IMG/VR virus record: IMGVR_UViG_3300035698_024657
Coordinates: 1 to 64,000 of that record
DNA length: 64,000 nt
Source of the DNA: a virus
Reading direction: 5' to 3' (one strand)
Shown: positions 8,499 to 17,905 of the stretch, piece after piece
How positions within the stretch are numbered: the first letter of the stretch is position 1
Layout: each line of letters opens with the position of its first letter
Program-made: the position numbers and the translations under genes
Notes under the pieces: model-generated
Told to the model about the DNA's origin: nothing
The model's input: the letters and a program-made list of their open reading frames with translations, nothing else
Databases searched by the model: none

Positions 8499-8801
8499 AT
8501 GGACTGTAGTTGCAGTTGTGAGATAGACTATGATAACCCTACAGGTTTTCATCGAACATCAATATATCGCGCAAAGAAAAAGTATCGATGTTGTGAATGC
8601 CACGAGGATATTCTACCTGGTAAACGATATCAATACGTGGTCGGCGTATGGGGTGAACTTTTAACGTACAGAACATGTATGACCTGCGTAAATATACGAG
8701 AACAACTTTGTCCACATGGATGGATTTACGAAGAATTAAACGAAGTAGTTTACGAATGTTTTGGTATAGGCCTTACTGAAGTACCAGAAGAAGAGGAGTA
8801 G
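8499..8801 (+). CDS. Cys-rich Zn-finger phage protein
   Basis: AKKKYRCCEC..I.PG.RY...TYRTCMTC pattern common in phages. Confidence 0.7.
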   Translation: MDCSCSCEIDYDNPTGFHRTSIYRAKKKYRCCECHEDILPGKRYQYVVGVWGELLTYRTCMTCVNIREQLCPHGWIYEELNEVVYECFGIGLTEVPEEEE

Positions 8802-8892
8802 TGTCCGATGTAGAAAATAATTTGTCTTGGGACTATATTAATAGCTTAACCTTGGAAACCAATAACTTGTCATCGTAAGATGAAGGAGTAAA

Positions 8893-10119
8893 ATGATGAA
8901 GTACAAAATTCCTATTCTTGTGTTACTTATTCTGGTAGCGTTCAGTGCGCTCGCAGTATTTGCCACCGGGGAAAAGGGAGATGATTCCGCTGTAGTAGTT
9001 GATCCAGAGACTACAGCAGTGGTGGAAGAACCTGTGATAGCTGAAGAACCTATTCCCCCTACAGCCGCACCGATTATAACGACTGATGAAAATCTTTCAA
9101 GTGTTGGAGGATTTGATTGCGCAGTAGCAAAAGGACAGGAAGCTCTTGTAGTATCTGAAGAAGCACTAGCCGCGATCCAAGTACTTGTGGATCAGTGGAA
9201 GGCAGATTCGAGTCTGGTACTTGTGCTGAAAGGGTACGCTGATGGTAATGAATATATGTTGGATCATGATGCAATGAATCCAGCAATTGCTTTAGGCCGT
9301 TGTGCAGTCGCGTATAAGATTGTAAACGGAATGGGCGCCACCGAGCTTGCACGTATTCGATACTTTGTTGAAGAGTTTGAAGAGTGTGGTCCAGAGTTCA
9401 GAGGATTTAACGTATCTCTGGAATCTTCTGCATGGGCGAGTACTGCAGCCTTTGCCGCATTGGAAATCTATGTAGATGATTTGGCAGCCGCATTAGCCCT
9501 TCTTGACCATGCAGTAATAACGAATACTTTCGCCATATCTAATAACGGTGCAAATATTGCAGTATTGACCAATACGTGTAACGACCTCACTGCGCAACTG
9601 GCCCTTATCGAAGCTAATCAATTCAACGTACAAATCGGCATAGGAATTACAGGATTCAATGAATTTCCGCTTGTTCCATCGATACACGGCGTAATCAGTA
9701 AGGGCAGGTGGGGCGTAGAATTAGATATGGCGCATTCCATCTTTGCAAAGTCTAAAAAGATGATACGGCCATATGGAGAAGGTGCAAAAGTGTATGGTGA
9801 CTTTGATACCTTTACACGTTTTGCGTCAGCTCGAATTTCATACTTATTCATGCAGGATGTACTTCTTGATGATATGTCCCTGTATCTCAAAGCAGGCTGG
9901 CATTGGAGTGAACAAAACACTTACGAATATAGCGGATATTACGCGTGGTTCGATGGACCAGAATTAGGTGCAGGTCTGGCGCTTCCAATTGGACGTAATT
10001 GGGATGTCACAGGCAATGTGTATTGGATTCCAGCTCGCCATACAGTATATCCTGATCCAACCCGTACGTGGGATACTGAACGCGCACGTTTTTCATTGAA
10101 TGTTTTAAAGACACTGTAA
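8893..10119 (+). CDS. secreted protein with OmpA-like domain, coiled coil and outer-membrane beta-barrel
   Basis: Signal peptide; VLKGYAD...N.AIALGR OmpA-C-like motif; C-terminal amphipathic beta strands. Confidence 0.6.
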   Translation: MMKYKIPILVLLILVAFSALAVFATGEKGDDSAVVVDPETTAVVEEPVIAEEPIPPTAAPIITTDENLSSVGGFDCAVAKGQEALVVSEEALAAIQVLVDQWKADSSLVLVLKGYADGNEYMLDHDAMNPAIALGRCAVAYKIVNGMGATELARIRYFVEEFEECGPEFRGFNVSLESSAWASTAAFAALEIYVDDLAAALALLDHAVITNTFAISNNGANIAVLTNTCNDLTAQLALIEANQFNVQIGIGITGFNEFPLVPSIHGVISKGRWGVELDMAHSIFAKSKKMIRPYGEGAKVYGDFDTFTRFASARISYLFMQDVLLDDMSLYLKAGWHWSEQNTYEYSGYYAWFDGPELGAGLALPIGRNWDVTGNVYWIPARHTVYPDPTRTWDTERARFSLNVLKTL

Positions 10120-10132
10120 ATAGGAGAGTGTA

Positions 10133-10921
10133 ATGAAGCCAAATAACAAGGGACTAATTTTGTTGGTTGTCCTGGGACTAATGATCTTCGGGGCAATGAG
10201 TTGTTCAGACAAGATGGATACGCCGGTCGGCCCTACCAAGGTCGATAGCACCCTCTATATCGACACAGTGATTAAAATCGAAGTCGACACGGTTTTCCGC
10301 GTAGACACTGTATTCGAGCCAAAGCTTATCTATGATACGACATATGTCATAATCTTCGACACAGTCACTCAAGTAGATACGGTAAAGGTTCCGGAATATA
10401 TTTATATGTACGATACTACGTACATCACTGAATATGATACTACATACGTCCCTGACTATGATACTATATACGCGATTAGGTACGATACCATATACTCTGT
10501 TGAGTACGATACGACATATATTGAATCGCCTCCAGATACTATAACTGAATACGATACGACAATTATATATGTACCCCAATACATAACCGATACGCTATAT
10601 GATACATTACCACCAGATACAGTTCCTGTCTATATTATAGATACAGTCTATCAAGTACATTACGATACTATATGGATAGATACCTGTGGAGATACGACGT
10701 ATATTGAACTTCCACCAGATACTGTGATAGTAACGGATACATTATACTTGCCTGACGGCTGGGTAATAATGTGTTGCATTAGTGGACCGGATAAATGTGA
10801 ATGTCCCGAAGGAGCGGAACCGATAGCAGTGGCACCATGCGATATTGCGGATCGTGAGGCTGAAGGTTGGCGTATTGCGGAACAAGGATCCCCTTGTTTA
10901 GAAGGGTGGTGTATACAATAG
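10133..10921 (+). CDS. lipoprotein with ~22 D-(T/S)-(V/I/T/L) repeats and Cys-rich tip
   Basis: Lipobox-like GAMS-C after a hydrophobic signal; DT repeats; C-terminal CC..CEC..C..C..C. Confidence 0.75.
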   Translation: MKPNNKGLILLVVLGLMIFGAMSCSDKMDTPVGPTKVDSTLYIDTVIKIEVDTVFRVDTVFEPKLIYDTTYVIIFDTVTQVDTVKVPEYIYMYDTTYITEYDTTYVPDYDTIYAIRYDTIYSVEYDTTYIESPPDTITEYDTTIIYVPQYITDTLYDTLPPDTVPVYIIDTVYQVHYDTIWIDTCGDTTYIELPPDTVIVTDTLYLPDGWVIMCCISGPDKCECPEGAEPIAVAPCDIADREAEGWRIAEQGSPCLEGWCIQ

Positions 10922-10953
10922 ATACCGTAGCACCTTAACATGTATTAGCACAT

Positions 10954-10993
10954 GGGGAGATGCCTGTTTATATGGGCATCTCCTTTCTTTTTC
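10954..10993 (+). terminator. rho-independent terminator
   Basis: GGAGATGCCT/GGGCATCTCC stem followed by a T tract. Confidence 0.8.
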
Positions 10994-11071
10994 AATGGAG
11001 CTATATTATATATAGATGAGATGCGACTGGTCCAATTGGACTAGAATAACCCATAACAGTAAGGAGACTTC

Positions 11072-11350
11072 ATGAGACGCCCAAACATTTTACTACTATT
11101 TGGGACCGTACTGCTTCTGACTCTGTTTCTATCCGTCCCAGTTTTATCGGATCACACCTGGGGCGGTGAACAAGGTTTAGTAGACACTACAACTGCCTTG
11201 ACTGATCACAGTTGGGGAGGCGAACAAGGTACTCCGGCGTTTGATGATGGTGGGTGGGATGACCCCGCCATTCCAGAAGATGTGGACGATACCGGATGGG
11301 CTGATATTGAAAGCTATTTTCAGTATCTTGTCAACCTAATCGTTGAATAA
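11072..11350 (+). CDS. secreted peptide with internal repeats
   Basis: AAGGAG SD; signal peptide; DHTWGGEQG/DHSWGGEQG and DDGGWDD/DDTGWAD. Confidence 0.75.
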   Translation: MRRPNILLLFGTVLLLTLFLSVPVLSDHTWGGEQGLVDTTTALTDHSWGGEQGTPAFDDGGWDDPAIPEDVDDTGWADIESYFQYLVNLIVE

Positions 11351-11362
11351 CAACTAACATGC

Positions 11363-11391
11363 AGTACTCCCCAAAAAATTTGGGGAGTACT
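11363..11391 (+). terminator. 13-bp hairpin after the secreted peptide gene
   Basis: AGTACTCCCCAAA/TTTGGGGAGTACT; no clear T tract. Confidence 0.5.
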
Positions 11392-11423
11392 AATGAAAAA
11401 TGTAAAAGGTAACATACAGAAAG

Positions 11424-11651
11424 ATGGGAACAAATGACAGTACACAGTTAACAGAAGCGCTACGCCACCTTAAACATGCATTAGCATGCGTTCATATATT
11501 CGAAGTGATTGATGGAAAAACTGGTGAAGGTTGCCCAGATTGCGAAGAGGCAACACACTTTTTAGAACAGTATGAAATAGTTAAGACGGAGGAAGAAGAA
11601 GAGGATGAAGAGGACAACTCTTCACATTGGTGGATCGCGTTTGGGGGGTAA
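11424..11651 (+). CDS. hypothetical acidic protein
   Basis: 75 aa; CPDC; acidic tail. Confidence 0.55.
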   Translation: MGTNDSTQLTEALRHLKHALACVHIFEVIDGKTGEGCPDCEEATHFLEQYEIVKTEEEEEDEEDNSSHWWIAFGG

Positions 11652-12571
11652 TCTACGTGCAAAGGGGATGGAACAACGCCTTAATAGTTATAGTCTGTAT
11701 ACTTCTGCCTGCTTGTGTGTTCTCAAATTCTGGAGGACAAACAGCGGCAGATTTTTTACGTATTGGACTAAGTGCTCGCGCAGCCGGAATAGGAGATGCG
11801 AGCACAGCCTTCAGCAAAGGGGTAGAAGCAGCCTATTGGAATCCAGCAGGCTTAGTACTCCTAACGCCACGAGTGGAAATTTTATCGAGTCACTTTTTAT
11901 GGTATCAAGATATCAACGTAGATCACTGTGCGATCGCATACAGGTTACATCGGGGGATCGTTGTGGCCGCTTCGATTGTGTACGTCAATTATGGGGATAT
12001 CGATGGGTATGATATATCAGGTAATGCAACTGGAGAAAAACTCGACGCGTATGATCTTAGCGGAGCGTTCTCTACTGGAATACAATTATGGAAAGGATTT
12101 ACAGCCGGCGCAACCGTCAAGGTAATCAATCAACGCCTAATACACCTAAGCGCAAGAACAATCGCATTCGATTTTGGTTTACGTATGCAGCTTGGTACTA
12201 TAATATTAGGTGGCGCAGTTGTCAATCTTGGACCAGATATTGTTATTGGACATTACGCGGAAAAATTGCCCCTATCCTTCCGAGTAGGGACTTCTTTCAC
12301 TTTTTATAATGATGAACTATATACAGTATTCGATATTGATTTTCCAAAATATGGAATAATCTCTTTCCACACTGGTATAGAATATTGTATGCAAAAACGA
12401 TATTATCTTCGCACAGGCATAAAAATGCATATAAATACATTTCGACCTCAACCATCACTGGGTGCAGGTGTGAAATTTAACAATGTAACAATTAACTACG
12501 CATATGTTCCGGGAAATGGATTTATTCATGATCCACTGCATAAATTTTCGTTGACCTTGGGTATTATGTAA
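11627..12571 (+). CDS. PorV/PorQ-family outer-membrane beta-barrel
   Basis: FLRIGLSARAAGIGDA..A...YWNPAGL signature; signal peptide; terminal LHKFSLTLG strand; exact start uncertain. Confidence 0.8.
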   Translation: MVDRVWGVIYVQRGWNNALIVIVCILLPACVFSNSGGQTAADFLRIGLSARAAGIGDASTAFSKGVEAAYWNPAGLVLLTPRVEILSSHFLWYQDINVDHCAIAYRLHRGIVVAASIVYVNYGDIDGYDISGNATGEKLDAYDLSGAFSTGIQLWKGFTAGATVKVINQRLIHLSARTIAFDFGLRMQLGTIILGGAVVNLGPDIVIGHYAEKLPLSFRVGTSFTFYNDELYTVFDIDFPKYGIISFHTGIEYCMQKRYYLRTGIKMHINTFRPQPSLGAGVKFNNVTINYAYVPGNGFIHDPLHKFSLTLGIM

Positions 12572-12612
12572 TATCATCAGGTCCCCGGACGAGACGATTC
12601 GAGTCCGGCAAT

Positions 12613-13011
12613 ATGTTAACAGGAGAGGGGAAAATGTTTGAAACTTTGAAAAAACAATGGCACATCTTGACTATGTTCGTTGCGATGATAACAATGATCG
12701 TTACCGGTGTAGTATGGGCAGGAGAATTTGTTGAAAAAATGGGCATGATGGAACAAATTCAGATGAAGCAAGCACAGAATGAAGAAAAGCTAATCAATTT
12801 AACTTTGAAGCTGTGGCAAATTGATCCCGAACAACGTCACAAATGGAGTATACTTCCAGTTGCACCAAAGATAGGAAAAGCTGGAGATACTATTACAAGT
12901 GAATGGGTAGCCCTAATAGATGATAGTTTACTTATACGATATAAATTCACACGGGACTCGGTTACTACAAGTCTTGCGGTAGATACATTGAGAGAACAGA
13001 ATACTCCATAA
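12613..13011 (+). CDS. membrane-anchored protein
   Basis: N-terminal TM helix; DTI/DSL/DSV/DTL motifs. Confidence 0.6.
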   Translation: MLTGEGKMFETLKKQWHILTMFVAMITMIVTGVVWAGEFVEKMGMMEQIQMKQAQNEEKLINLTLKLWQIDPEQRHKWSILPVAPKIGKAGDTITSEWVALIDDSLLIRYKFTRDSVTTSLAVDTLREQNTP

Positions 13012-13101
13012 AAACTGCGGACTGTATAAGTATATTGCTTATACCTCTGCGGCGGCACTTATAGACGTAGAAGTGGCGAGTGATTGTATGCATCGATCAC
13101 G

Positions 13102-13148
13102 AGAAGCAGGAAGTATCCGATTACGACGGTAATCGGATACCTGCTTCT
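13102..13148. other. long intergenic hairpin
   Basis: AGAAGCAG-gaa-GTATCCGATTAC gacg GTAATCGGATAC-CTGCTTCT: 20 bp with a 3-nt bulge. Confidence 0.7.
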
Positions 13149-13164
13149 ATAAAGGCACCAAATA

Positions 13165-13344
13165 ATGGATGATCTAAATAAACGGATTGAATACGCCAGA
13201 GAGCATATAGAGGATATAATGAAGGATCCTGCATGGCTAAAAAATCTAGAAGAATCCGATAAACGTCTTAAAGAGGATATCGAAAGGCGGAAACGTGAAA
13301 GTATAGTCTCATGGGAAGATCTAAATGAACCTACAACGATTTAA
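13165..13344 (+). CDS. small hypothetical protein (not in ORF track)
   Basis: MDDLNKRIEYAREH...EPTTI*, 59 aa, AAAGG upstream. Confidence 0.5.
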   Translation: MDDLNKRIEYAREHIEDIMKDPAWLKNLEESDKRLKEDIERRKRESIVSWEDLNEPTTI

Positions 13345-13697
13345 GGAATAGTTATGAATACGTTTTCGCTCGCAATAGCAATTGCGTTTATCGCAGGTAT
13401 GTTGCTCGGTGGGACATACGTATACAGAAAAACCATGGCGCGGATGAATCAGCTTTTCGAATCAGTGATGGAAGACCAGTTCCACAGTAAGGAAGAAAGA
13501 TAATGAGTATGCAAGAGACGCGAGAAAAGATTGAAGCAATTTTGAAATCAATACATGAGAGGGAAATAGGCCATCCCCTCAACTATGAGAGTGAAGCAAT
13601 CCATATCATAACGCTTGTTCGTACGCATGGATAAAGTTATGCGAAGAGTAATGTCGTTCCCTTTCGGGAAGGACAAAGATACGGCAAACAGTATTGC

Positions 13698-14003
13698 ATG
13701 GGTAATTATCCTCATTGTGATTTTATCGTGGATGAAAGGGAAAGTATTATGACTATTGAAGAAGCCATTGCCCTAATGGACGAAACAGATGAGGGTTGGG
13801 CCAAAAAGGGTGAGTTACTTGCACCATTGGAAATCTTTAAGAAATACAAACCAGATTTTTGTCTCAAAGATTTGGAACCGGCACACGATGAGATTTACTT
13901 TCCAACGTTTGACGAAAAGATGACGAAAGACGATATTCTGTTTTTACATCGATGCGGCTTTCATCTGGATGAGTCATACGAATGCTGGGTGATGTTTACA
14001 TAA
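13698..14003 (+). CDS. hypothetical protein
   Basis: PAHDEIYF...LHRCGFHLDE..W; start uncertain. Confidence 0.6.
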   Translation: MGNYPHCDFIVDERESIMTIEEAIALMDETDEGWAKKGELLAPLEIFKKYKPDFCLKDLEPAHDEIYFPTFDEKMTKDDILFLHRCGFHLDESYECWVMFT

Positions 14004-14260
14004 TGGCAAAAACTATCGCTCCACAATATAGAGTATATGATGAGCATATAACGCTCAAAGAATTCAAAATACAATATGCATTAGGGGCATTGCATTGGCA
14101 CAAACGCTACCATATGGCAGGCGACTCCACCACGCCTATAGAAATACTGGCTATTTTAGCTAAAGATCCGAACGACCTTGTACGCCGCAGAGCTAGGCAC
14201 AGTCCCTGTTGGAAGGGGCACAATTTCAGTTGGAGGAGGTCTCGGTTAAATGACGGTTAA
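13982..14260 (+). CDS. tag + LRV-repeat protein (probable start 14003)
   Basis: TLKEFKIQYALGAL; TTPIEILAILAKDPNDLVRRRA. Confidence 0.7.
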   Translation: MLGDVYIMAKTIAPQYRVYDEHITLKEFKIQYALGALHWHKRYHMAGDSTTPIEILAILAKDPNDLVRRRARHSPCWKGHNFSWRRSRLNDG

Positions 14261-14477
14261 GGAATTCGAAATACAGTATGCATTAGGGTCGATAGACTGG
14301 CTGCATATGTATAACCTTGCAAGAAGTCAACGTACTCATCCAATTATATTGAGTACATTACGAGATAATCCAGATTATCTCGTCAGTCGAAGAGCAAAAC
14401 TTAACCCACGTACAAATAAGAATACAGTAAGGTATATTAAACGTAGCAACGCTACAGAAAGGAACCATGGATCTTAA
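14250..14477 (+). CDS. tag + LRV-repeat protein
   Basis: MTVKEFEIQYALGSI; THPIILSTL...VSRRAKLNPRT. Confidence 0.7.
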   Translation: MTVKEFEIQYALGSIDWLHMYNLARSQRTHPIILSTLRDNPDYLVSRRAKLNPRTNKNTVRYIKRSNATERNHGS

Positions 14478-14495
14478 AACACAATTAGGAACAAA

Positions 14496-16583
14496 ATGAA
14501 CGGCAACGAATCAACCTCAGAAATTTTGATGAATGCTCGGTACCTTATGAAAGGTGAAAATTGGACAGATTTAACTAAACGCGTAAGTACTGCAATCGCG
14601 GTGGCCGAGAAGACTCCAGAGCTACAAAAGGAGTGGGCCAAAAAGTTTGCTGATATTATACAGAAGAAAGAGTTCGTACCTGCCTCCCCGTTTATGATGA
14701 ACGCAGGGAAAAAAGAAGAAGGTATGAACAACCACCTTTTCTCTTGTTATGTTTTACCAGTAGAAGACTCTCTCGAACAAATTTACAAAACAATTGCCGA
14801 TGCTGCGAAAATATTTCAAGTAGCCGGTGGGGTAGGGTACGACTTTTCAACACTTCGACCCAAAGGATGTTCTACGTCTACATCTGGTGGAACAAGTTCA
14901 GGGCCCATGTCCTTTATGCGGGTATTCAACGCATCTTGTAATGAATTGAAAGCAGGGGGTCGACGTAAGGGCGCACAGATGGGTGTGTTCCGAATAGATC
15001 ATCCCGACATTGAAGAATTTATCAACGTCAAACAAGATTTAACACAATTAACTAACTTCAATCTCTCAATAGCTATTACCGATGCGTTTATGCTGGCAGT
15101 ACGTAATGATGAGATGATCATGCTGCAATTTGCGAGTCATCCTGAGAAAGATCATGAGGTTAGTGCAAAGTCTCTTTGGGATCAGATCGTAAAAGGGGCA
15201 TGGAGATGTGGCGAGCCGGGCGTCTTGTTTATCGACAGAATAAACGATAAAGATCCCATTGGAGGCATTTTTGCGACTAACCCCTGTGGAGAGATTCCTC
15301 TCCCTCCTTATGGTTGCTGTAATTTAGGCTCGATTAATCTGGCGCAGATGATCCGTAGGGGAAAATTCAATTGGGACCGCTACAAAGAGATTATTCATAT
15401 TGCTATTCGTTTCCTCGACAATGCAATTGACGTAAATACCTACACGTTGCCTGAAATTAAAGAGCAACAATTAAACCAACGTCGCGTAGGTTTAGGTGTT
15501 ATGGGCTTGGCTGACTTATTCGTCAAGTTAAGTATTGCTTACGACTCCAAAGAAGCGCGTGAAATGAGTGAGGAATTAGCGAGGATACTGCACGAAACCT
15601 CAAAAGCCGCGTCAGAAGACTTATCTAAAGAGAAAGGCGCGTTTCCTGCGCAGAATAGCAGTAAATTGAAGGATTCTTTACCTATTCGTAATGCTACACG
15701 TACCGCGATCGCACCAACTGGATCAATTAGCATTGTTGCAGAATGTTCTTCGGGAATTGAACCTATTTACGCGATAACTCTCGAAAGGCGCCACGATTTA
15801 GCAGACCATGATGTAATCGTCGAAATCAATCCACTATTCCTTGAAATTGCAAAGAAGCAGCAGTTCTATTCAGAAGCCCTTATTGCAGGAATCCGCGAAA
15901 ATAACGGATCTTGCCAAGGCGTAGAAGGTGTACCAGAGGATGTTCAGAATATCTTCAAGATTGCTGCAGATATTAAACCAAAAGATCATGTAGAGCAATT
16001 GGCGGTTTGGCAAGGAAATATTGATAGTGCAGTTAGTAAGACTATCAATTTAGCCTCTTCTGCTACGGAAGAAGATATTGAGCACATCTTCTCAATGGCC
16101 TACGATCTTGGATGCAAAGGTATTACCGTGTACCGTGATGGATGTAGAGGTGCACAAGTTCTTGCTTCTGGAATACAGAAACTGGAGCGACCTGATGTAG
16201 TGCCAGGTAAGACCATCCGTGTTCCTACCAGTTTAGGTACAATGTATATTACCGTCGGTGTTATAGAGGGTCGGCCATTTGAAGTCTTCGTTAGTCTACG
16301 AACCGGAGGAACAAATGCGGGTGCTGATGCAGAGGGTCTGGCACGAATGGTCTCTCTTGCACTGCGAACGAAAGTAAGCGTCTATGACATCGTTAAACAA
16401 CTTAAGGGAATTGGATCAGGTGCAGCTGTCTTCCATAAAGGAAGGGTAATCACGTCTATCCCTGATGCTATAGCTTATGCGCTGGAGAAATATTTCCTGG
16501 ACTCAAAAGTCGCACATCCAGATGATCATGCACAATTTGCGAGCGGCTCCGAAGGCATGTATTGTAAAGATTGCGACGATTAA
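14496..16583 (+). CDS. nrdJ: class II (B12-dependent) ribonucleotide reductase with C-terminal TSCPD-like domain
   Basis: PASPFMMNAG, SCYV, GGVG, RRKGAQM, TNPCGE, CNLGSINL, APTGSIS, KGITVYRDG. Confidence 0.95.
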   Translation: MNGNESTSEILMNARYLMKGENWTDLTKRVSTAIAVAEKTPELQKEWAKKFADIIQKKEFVPASPFMMNAGKKEEGMNNHLFSCYVLPVEDSLEQIYKTIADAAKIFQVAGGVGYDFSTLRPKGCSTSTSGGTSSGPMSFMRVFNASCNELKAGGRRKGAQMGVFRIDHPDIEEFINVKQDLTQLTNFNLSIAITDAFMLAVRNDEMIMLQFASHPEKDHEVSAKSLWDQIVKGAWRCGEPGVLFIDRINDKDPIGGIFATNPCGEIPLPPYGCCNLGSINLAQMIRRGKFNWDRYKEIIHIAIRFLDNAIDVNTYTLPEIKEQQLNQRRVGLGVMGLADLFVKLSIAYDSKEAREMSEELARILHETSKAASEDLSKEKGAFPAQNSSKLKDSLPIRNATRTAIAPTGSISIVAECSSGIEPIYAITLERRHDLADHDVIVEINPLFLEIAKKQQFYSEALIAGIRENNGSCQGVEGVPEDVQNIFKIAADIKPKDHVEQLAVWQGNIDSAVSKTINLASSATEEDIEHIFSMAYDLGCKGITVYRDGCRGAQVLASGIQKLERPDVVPGKTIRVPTSLGTMYITVGVIEGRPFEVFVSLRTGGTNAGADAEGLARMVSLALRTKVSVYDIVKQLKGIGSGAAVFHKGRVITSIPDAIAYALEKYFLDSKVAHPDDHAQFASGSEGMYCKDCDD

Positions 16584-16600
16584 TAATTTGGAGATAAATA

Positions 16601-16942
16601 ATGGCAGATAATGAAACCACAGTTTTACCGGATGGTAGTGCATTTTGTACAGCAAGTTTCCCTCTACCAAAAGACCATTGGATATATTCTGACAAATACG
16701 CAAAATCACCTATGCCGATGCAAATGGGTGTAGATAATCCTGCGCGAAAAGAATTTACAGAAATGCTACGGGAAGCGGGAAGATACGCAGTCCACGGAGC
16801 AACAATGGCAGGAAAGGAAATGGATTTTGATCCAGATGCATTGATTCAAAATCTTATTGTAGGATTTCTCGGCTATCACACATTTGACGGGTCACTTGAA
16901 TCCGACATCGTCAATAGAGCGGTTCCCGACGAGGATAAATAA
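16601..16942 (+). CDS. hypothetical phage protein
   Basis: GGAG SD; 113 aa. Confidence 0.7.
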   Translation: MADNETTVLPDGSAFCTASFPLPKDHWIYSDKYAKSPMPMQMGVDNPARKEFTEMLREAGRYAVHGATMAGKEMDFDPDALIQNLIVGFLGYHTFDGSLESDIVNRAVPDEDK

Positions 16943-17207
16943 TATGCCATATATTCCTTCAAAGGATCGAGATAAACTTGATCCACGAATCGATGGATTA
17001 TTTACAGTACTCAAAGATCAGCCTCCCGGAGAGTTGAATTACTCGATTTCGAAATTAATTTGGAAGTTGTTCGAGCACGAAAAAAGCTACTCAACCATAG
17101 CTACACTTGTGGGCACATTAGTTTTAGTAATTTTTGAATTTGTTCGGCGTAAAGTAAATACTTATGAGGACACTAAAATAATTCAAAACGGGGATATCTC
17201 TGTATGA
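16884..17207 (+). CDS. DUF6899-like phage protein (probable start at MPYI)
   Basis: MPYI...GELNY.I....EF.RR...YED.KI..NGDI pattern. Confidence 0.65.
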   Translation: MTGHLNPTSSIERFPTRINNMPYIPSKDRDKLDPRIDGLFTVLKDQPPGELNYSISKLIWKLFEHEKSYSTIATLVGTLVLVIFEFVRRKVNTYEDTKIIQNGDISV

Positions 17208-17398
17208 TTCGAAAAGAACTATATTAGTAGTCAAGCAGGATAAGTAATATTGTTAGACGTAATAAACGAAAACATTACAACAAATGAAATAGGGCCTGAG
17301 GGAACGTACTCAGGCTTTCCTGCTTTTATCTCAAATTCCCCGCACACTTCTCCTATCTTACAGGTATAATATATATAAGGATTATACAAGGAGAAAAC

Positions 17399-17905
17399 AT
17401 GAGTAAAATGTATTTGATGGTTGGCAACATAGGTACAGGAAAAACTACGACTACAACAGTATTGATGCAGGATACCCGTAATGTCCTCACCGTGTCAGAT
17501 GATGCTATCGCATTAGCTCTCAATGGTGGGTACTATGGTCATGATATTTGGACCGATAAACATTGGCCGCTATATTCCCGGATCAAGGGAGAAATCGCCC
17601 GTGCGACATTAGAAACAGACTTTGACGTAGTCATAGATGGTACACATATGTCAATAAAAAGTCGTAAACGTTTTATTGACATAGCAAAAGAACTTGACGT
17701 CCCGGTAATTGCATACGTACATAGAAACTCGGCAGAAGGTCTTGCCCGGAGATTGGCAGATCCCAGAGGATCTAATTTAGATGTATGGCGAGAAGTACAT
17801 GCAAGGTTTGAAAAAAGTTTTGAAGACCCTACTACAGATGAAGGCATTAAAACTATAATTGACGGCGCACTTATGCGTATACCTGGACTCTCTAATGCAA
17901 ATTGA
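17399..17905 (+). CDS. P-loop kinase (AAA_33, polynucleotide-kinase-like)
   Basis: MVGNIGTGKTT; VSDD; VVIDGTH...R; PTTDEG. Confidence 0.85.
   Translation: MSKMYLMVGNIGTGKTTTTTVLMQDTRNVLTVSDDAIALALNGGYYGHDIWTDKHWPLYSRIKGEIARATLETDFDVVIDGTHMSIKSRKRFIDIAKELDVPVIAYVHRNSAEGLARRLADPRGSNLDVWREVHARFEKSFEDPTTDEGIKTIIDGALMRIPGLSNAN

Noticed and set aside
10240-10745. CRISPR array or DNA-level tandem repeat
   Set aside because: GATAC/GACAC recurrences are codons of the DT peptide repeat, with irregular spacing and no constant 25-40 bp repeat.
8893-13011. Prophage boundary or host chromosome segment
   Set aside because: No integrase, att pair or housekeeping synteny; phage-type small ORFs flank and interrupt the block.
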